From: Candidatus Sysuimicrobiota bacterium
GTDB lineage: Bacteria > Sysuimicrobiota > Sysuimicrobiia > Sysuimicrobiales > Sysuimicrobiaceae
DNA length: 17,771 bases
Assembly (NCBI GenBank): GCA_040289515.1
Contig: PSLI01000038.1
Coordinates: 1-17,771, forward strand
Direction of reading: 5' to 3'
The notes beneath the pieces are model-generated. The model had not been told where the DNA came from. It made no database searches and worked only from the letters and a program-made list of their open reading frames with translations. Position numbers and translations under genes: made by a program. Below, one piece after another: positions 17,278-17,771 of this stretch (position 1 is its first letter; each line of letters starts with the position of its first letter).

Positions 17278-17583
17278 ATGCAGGTGGCAGGTGCCGGGGA
17301 CCGACGCCAGATCCCTCCCATGGAGGCGTGGGGCGCGGGCTTCGTGCACGCTTTGCGGCAGGCCCGGGCCTTGCCACCGACGGGTACCAGCCCGGTTTCC
17401 CCTGCCGGCGGCCCGCCGCGCGTGGCGTCCTCCGCACCGCCTGCCGCGGCCGCTCAGAACCCCCGGCAGCCCGCGCCGTCCCCGTGGCAGCGTTTCCTGA
17501 ACCTTCTGACGGAGGCCCTGCGGGGTGCCCTGGACCTTTTGCGGTCCGGGGTGGATGCGTTGCTGCGCGCCCTGGGCGGCTGA
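17278..17583 (+). CDS. Hypothetical protein with a Pro/Ala-rich linker and a C-terminal amphipathic helix
   Basis: 101 aa from ATG 17278; the C-terminal part (WQRFLNLLTEALRGALDLLRSGVDALLRALGG) is protein-like with host-like codons. No clear SD. Confidence 0.5.
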   Translation: MQVAGAGDRRQIPPMEAWGAGFVHALRQARALPPTGTSPVSPAGGPPRVASSAPPAAAAQNPRQPAPSPWQRFLNLLTEALRGALDLLRSGVDALLRALGG

Positions 17584-17771
17584 CTTTGTCACACCTGGAA
17601 GCGCGCCACCAACCCTTGCAGCCCCGTGGATGCCGGACGCCACGCCCACCTGCCAGATGGCCGCGAAGGTTCGACAGCACGCTCTTCCTCTGACAGGGTC
17701 TTCCCCGGATCCATCCCTGGGCGGGTGCAAACAGCGTGCGGATCAGCGGCCGGCGAACCCCTGCTGTGCCA

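Noticed and set aside
1..17771. CRISPR arrays, tRNA/rRNA genes, prophage or defence genes
   Set aside because: No regularly spaced repeats, cloverleaf patterns or such protein motifs were seen by eye.

Overview
A GC-rich (roughly 70% by eye) bacterial chromosomal window, mostly housekeeping, arranged around back-to-back promoters at ~8366-8434. At the left edge, a decayed IS3-family transposase fragment (minus strand) abuts the 5'-truncated C-terminal half of a TAXI-type TRAP fused permease. The minus-strand block is a compact mrpABCDEFG cation/H+ antiporter operon, followed by a COG4112/YmaB-like Nudix gene and an Ogg-type 8-oxoguanine DNA glycosylase. mrpA appears frameshifted near its start at a 7-bp tandem repeat. 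The plus-strand block starts with an extended -10 promoter and a complete Trp-specific T-box riboswitch (UGG specifier, intrinsic terminator). It continues with an unannotated 18-aa ACT-like mini-ORF coupled to tyrA, then trpE-trpG-trpD-trpC-trpS-trpF-trpB-trpA and an orphan ORF. The most unusual points are tyrA and trpS inside a Trp T-box operon, the mini-ORF between the riboswitch and tyrA, the mrpA frame break, and the Nudix-Ogg pairing. All calls come from motif recognition by eye; no database searches were run.
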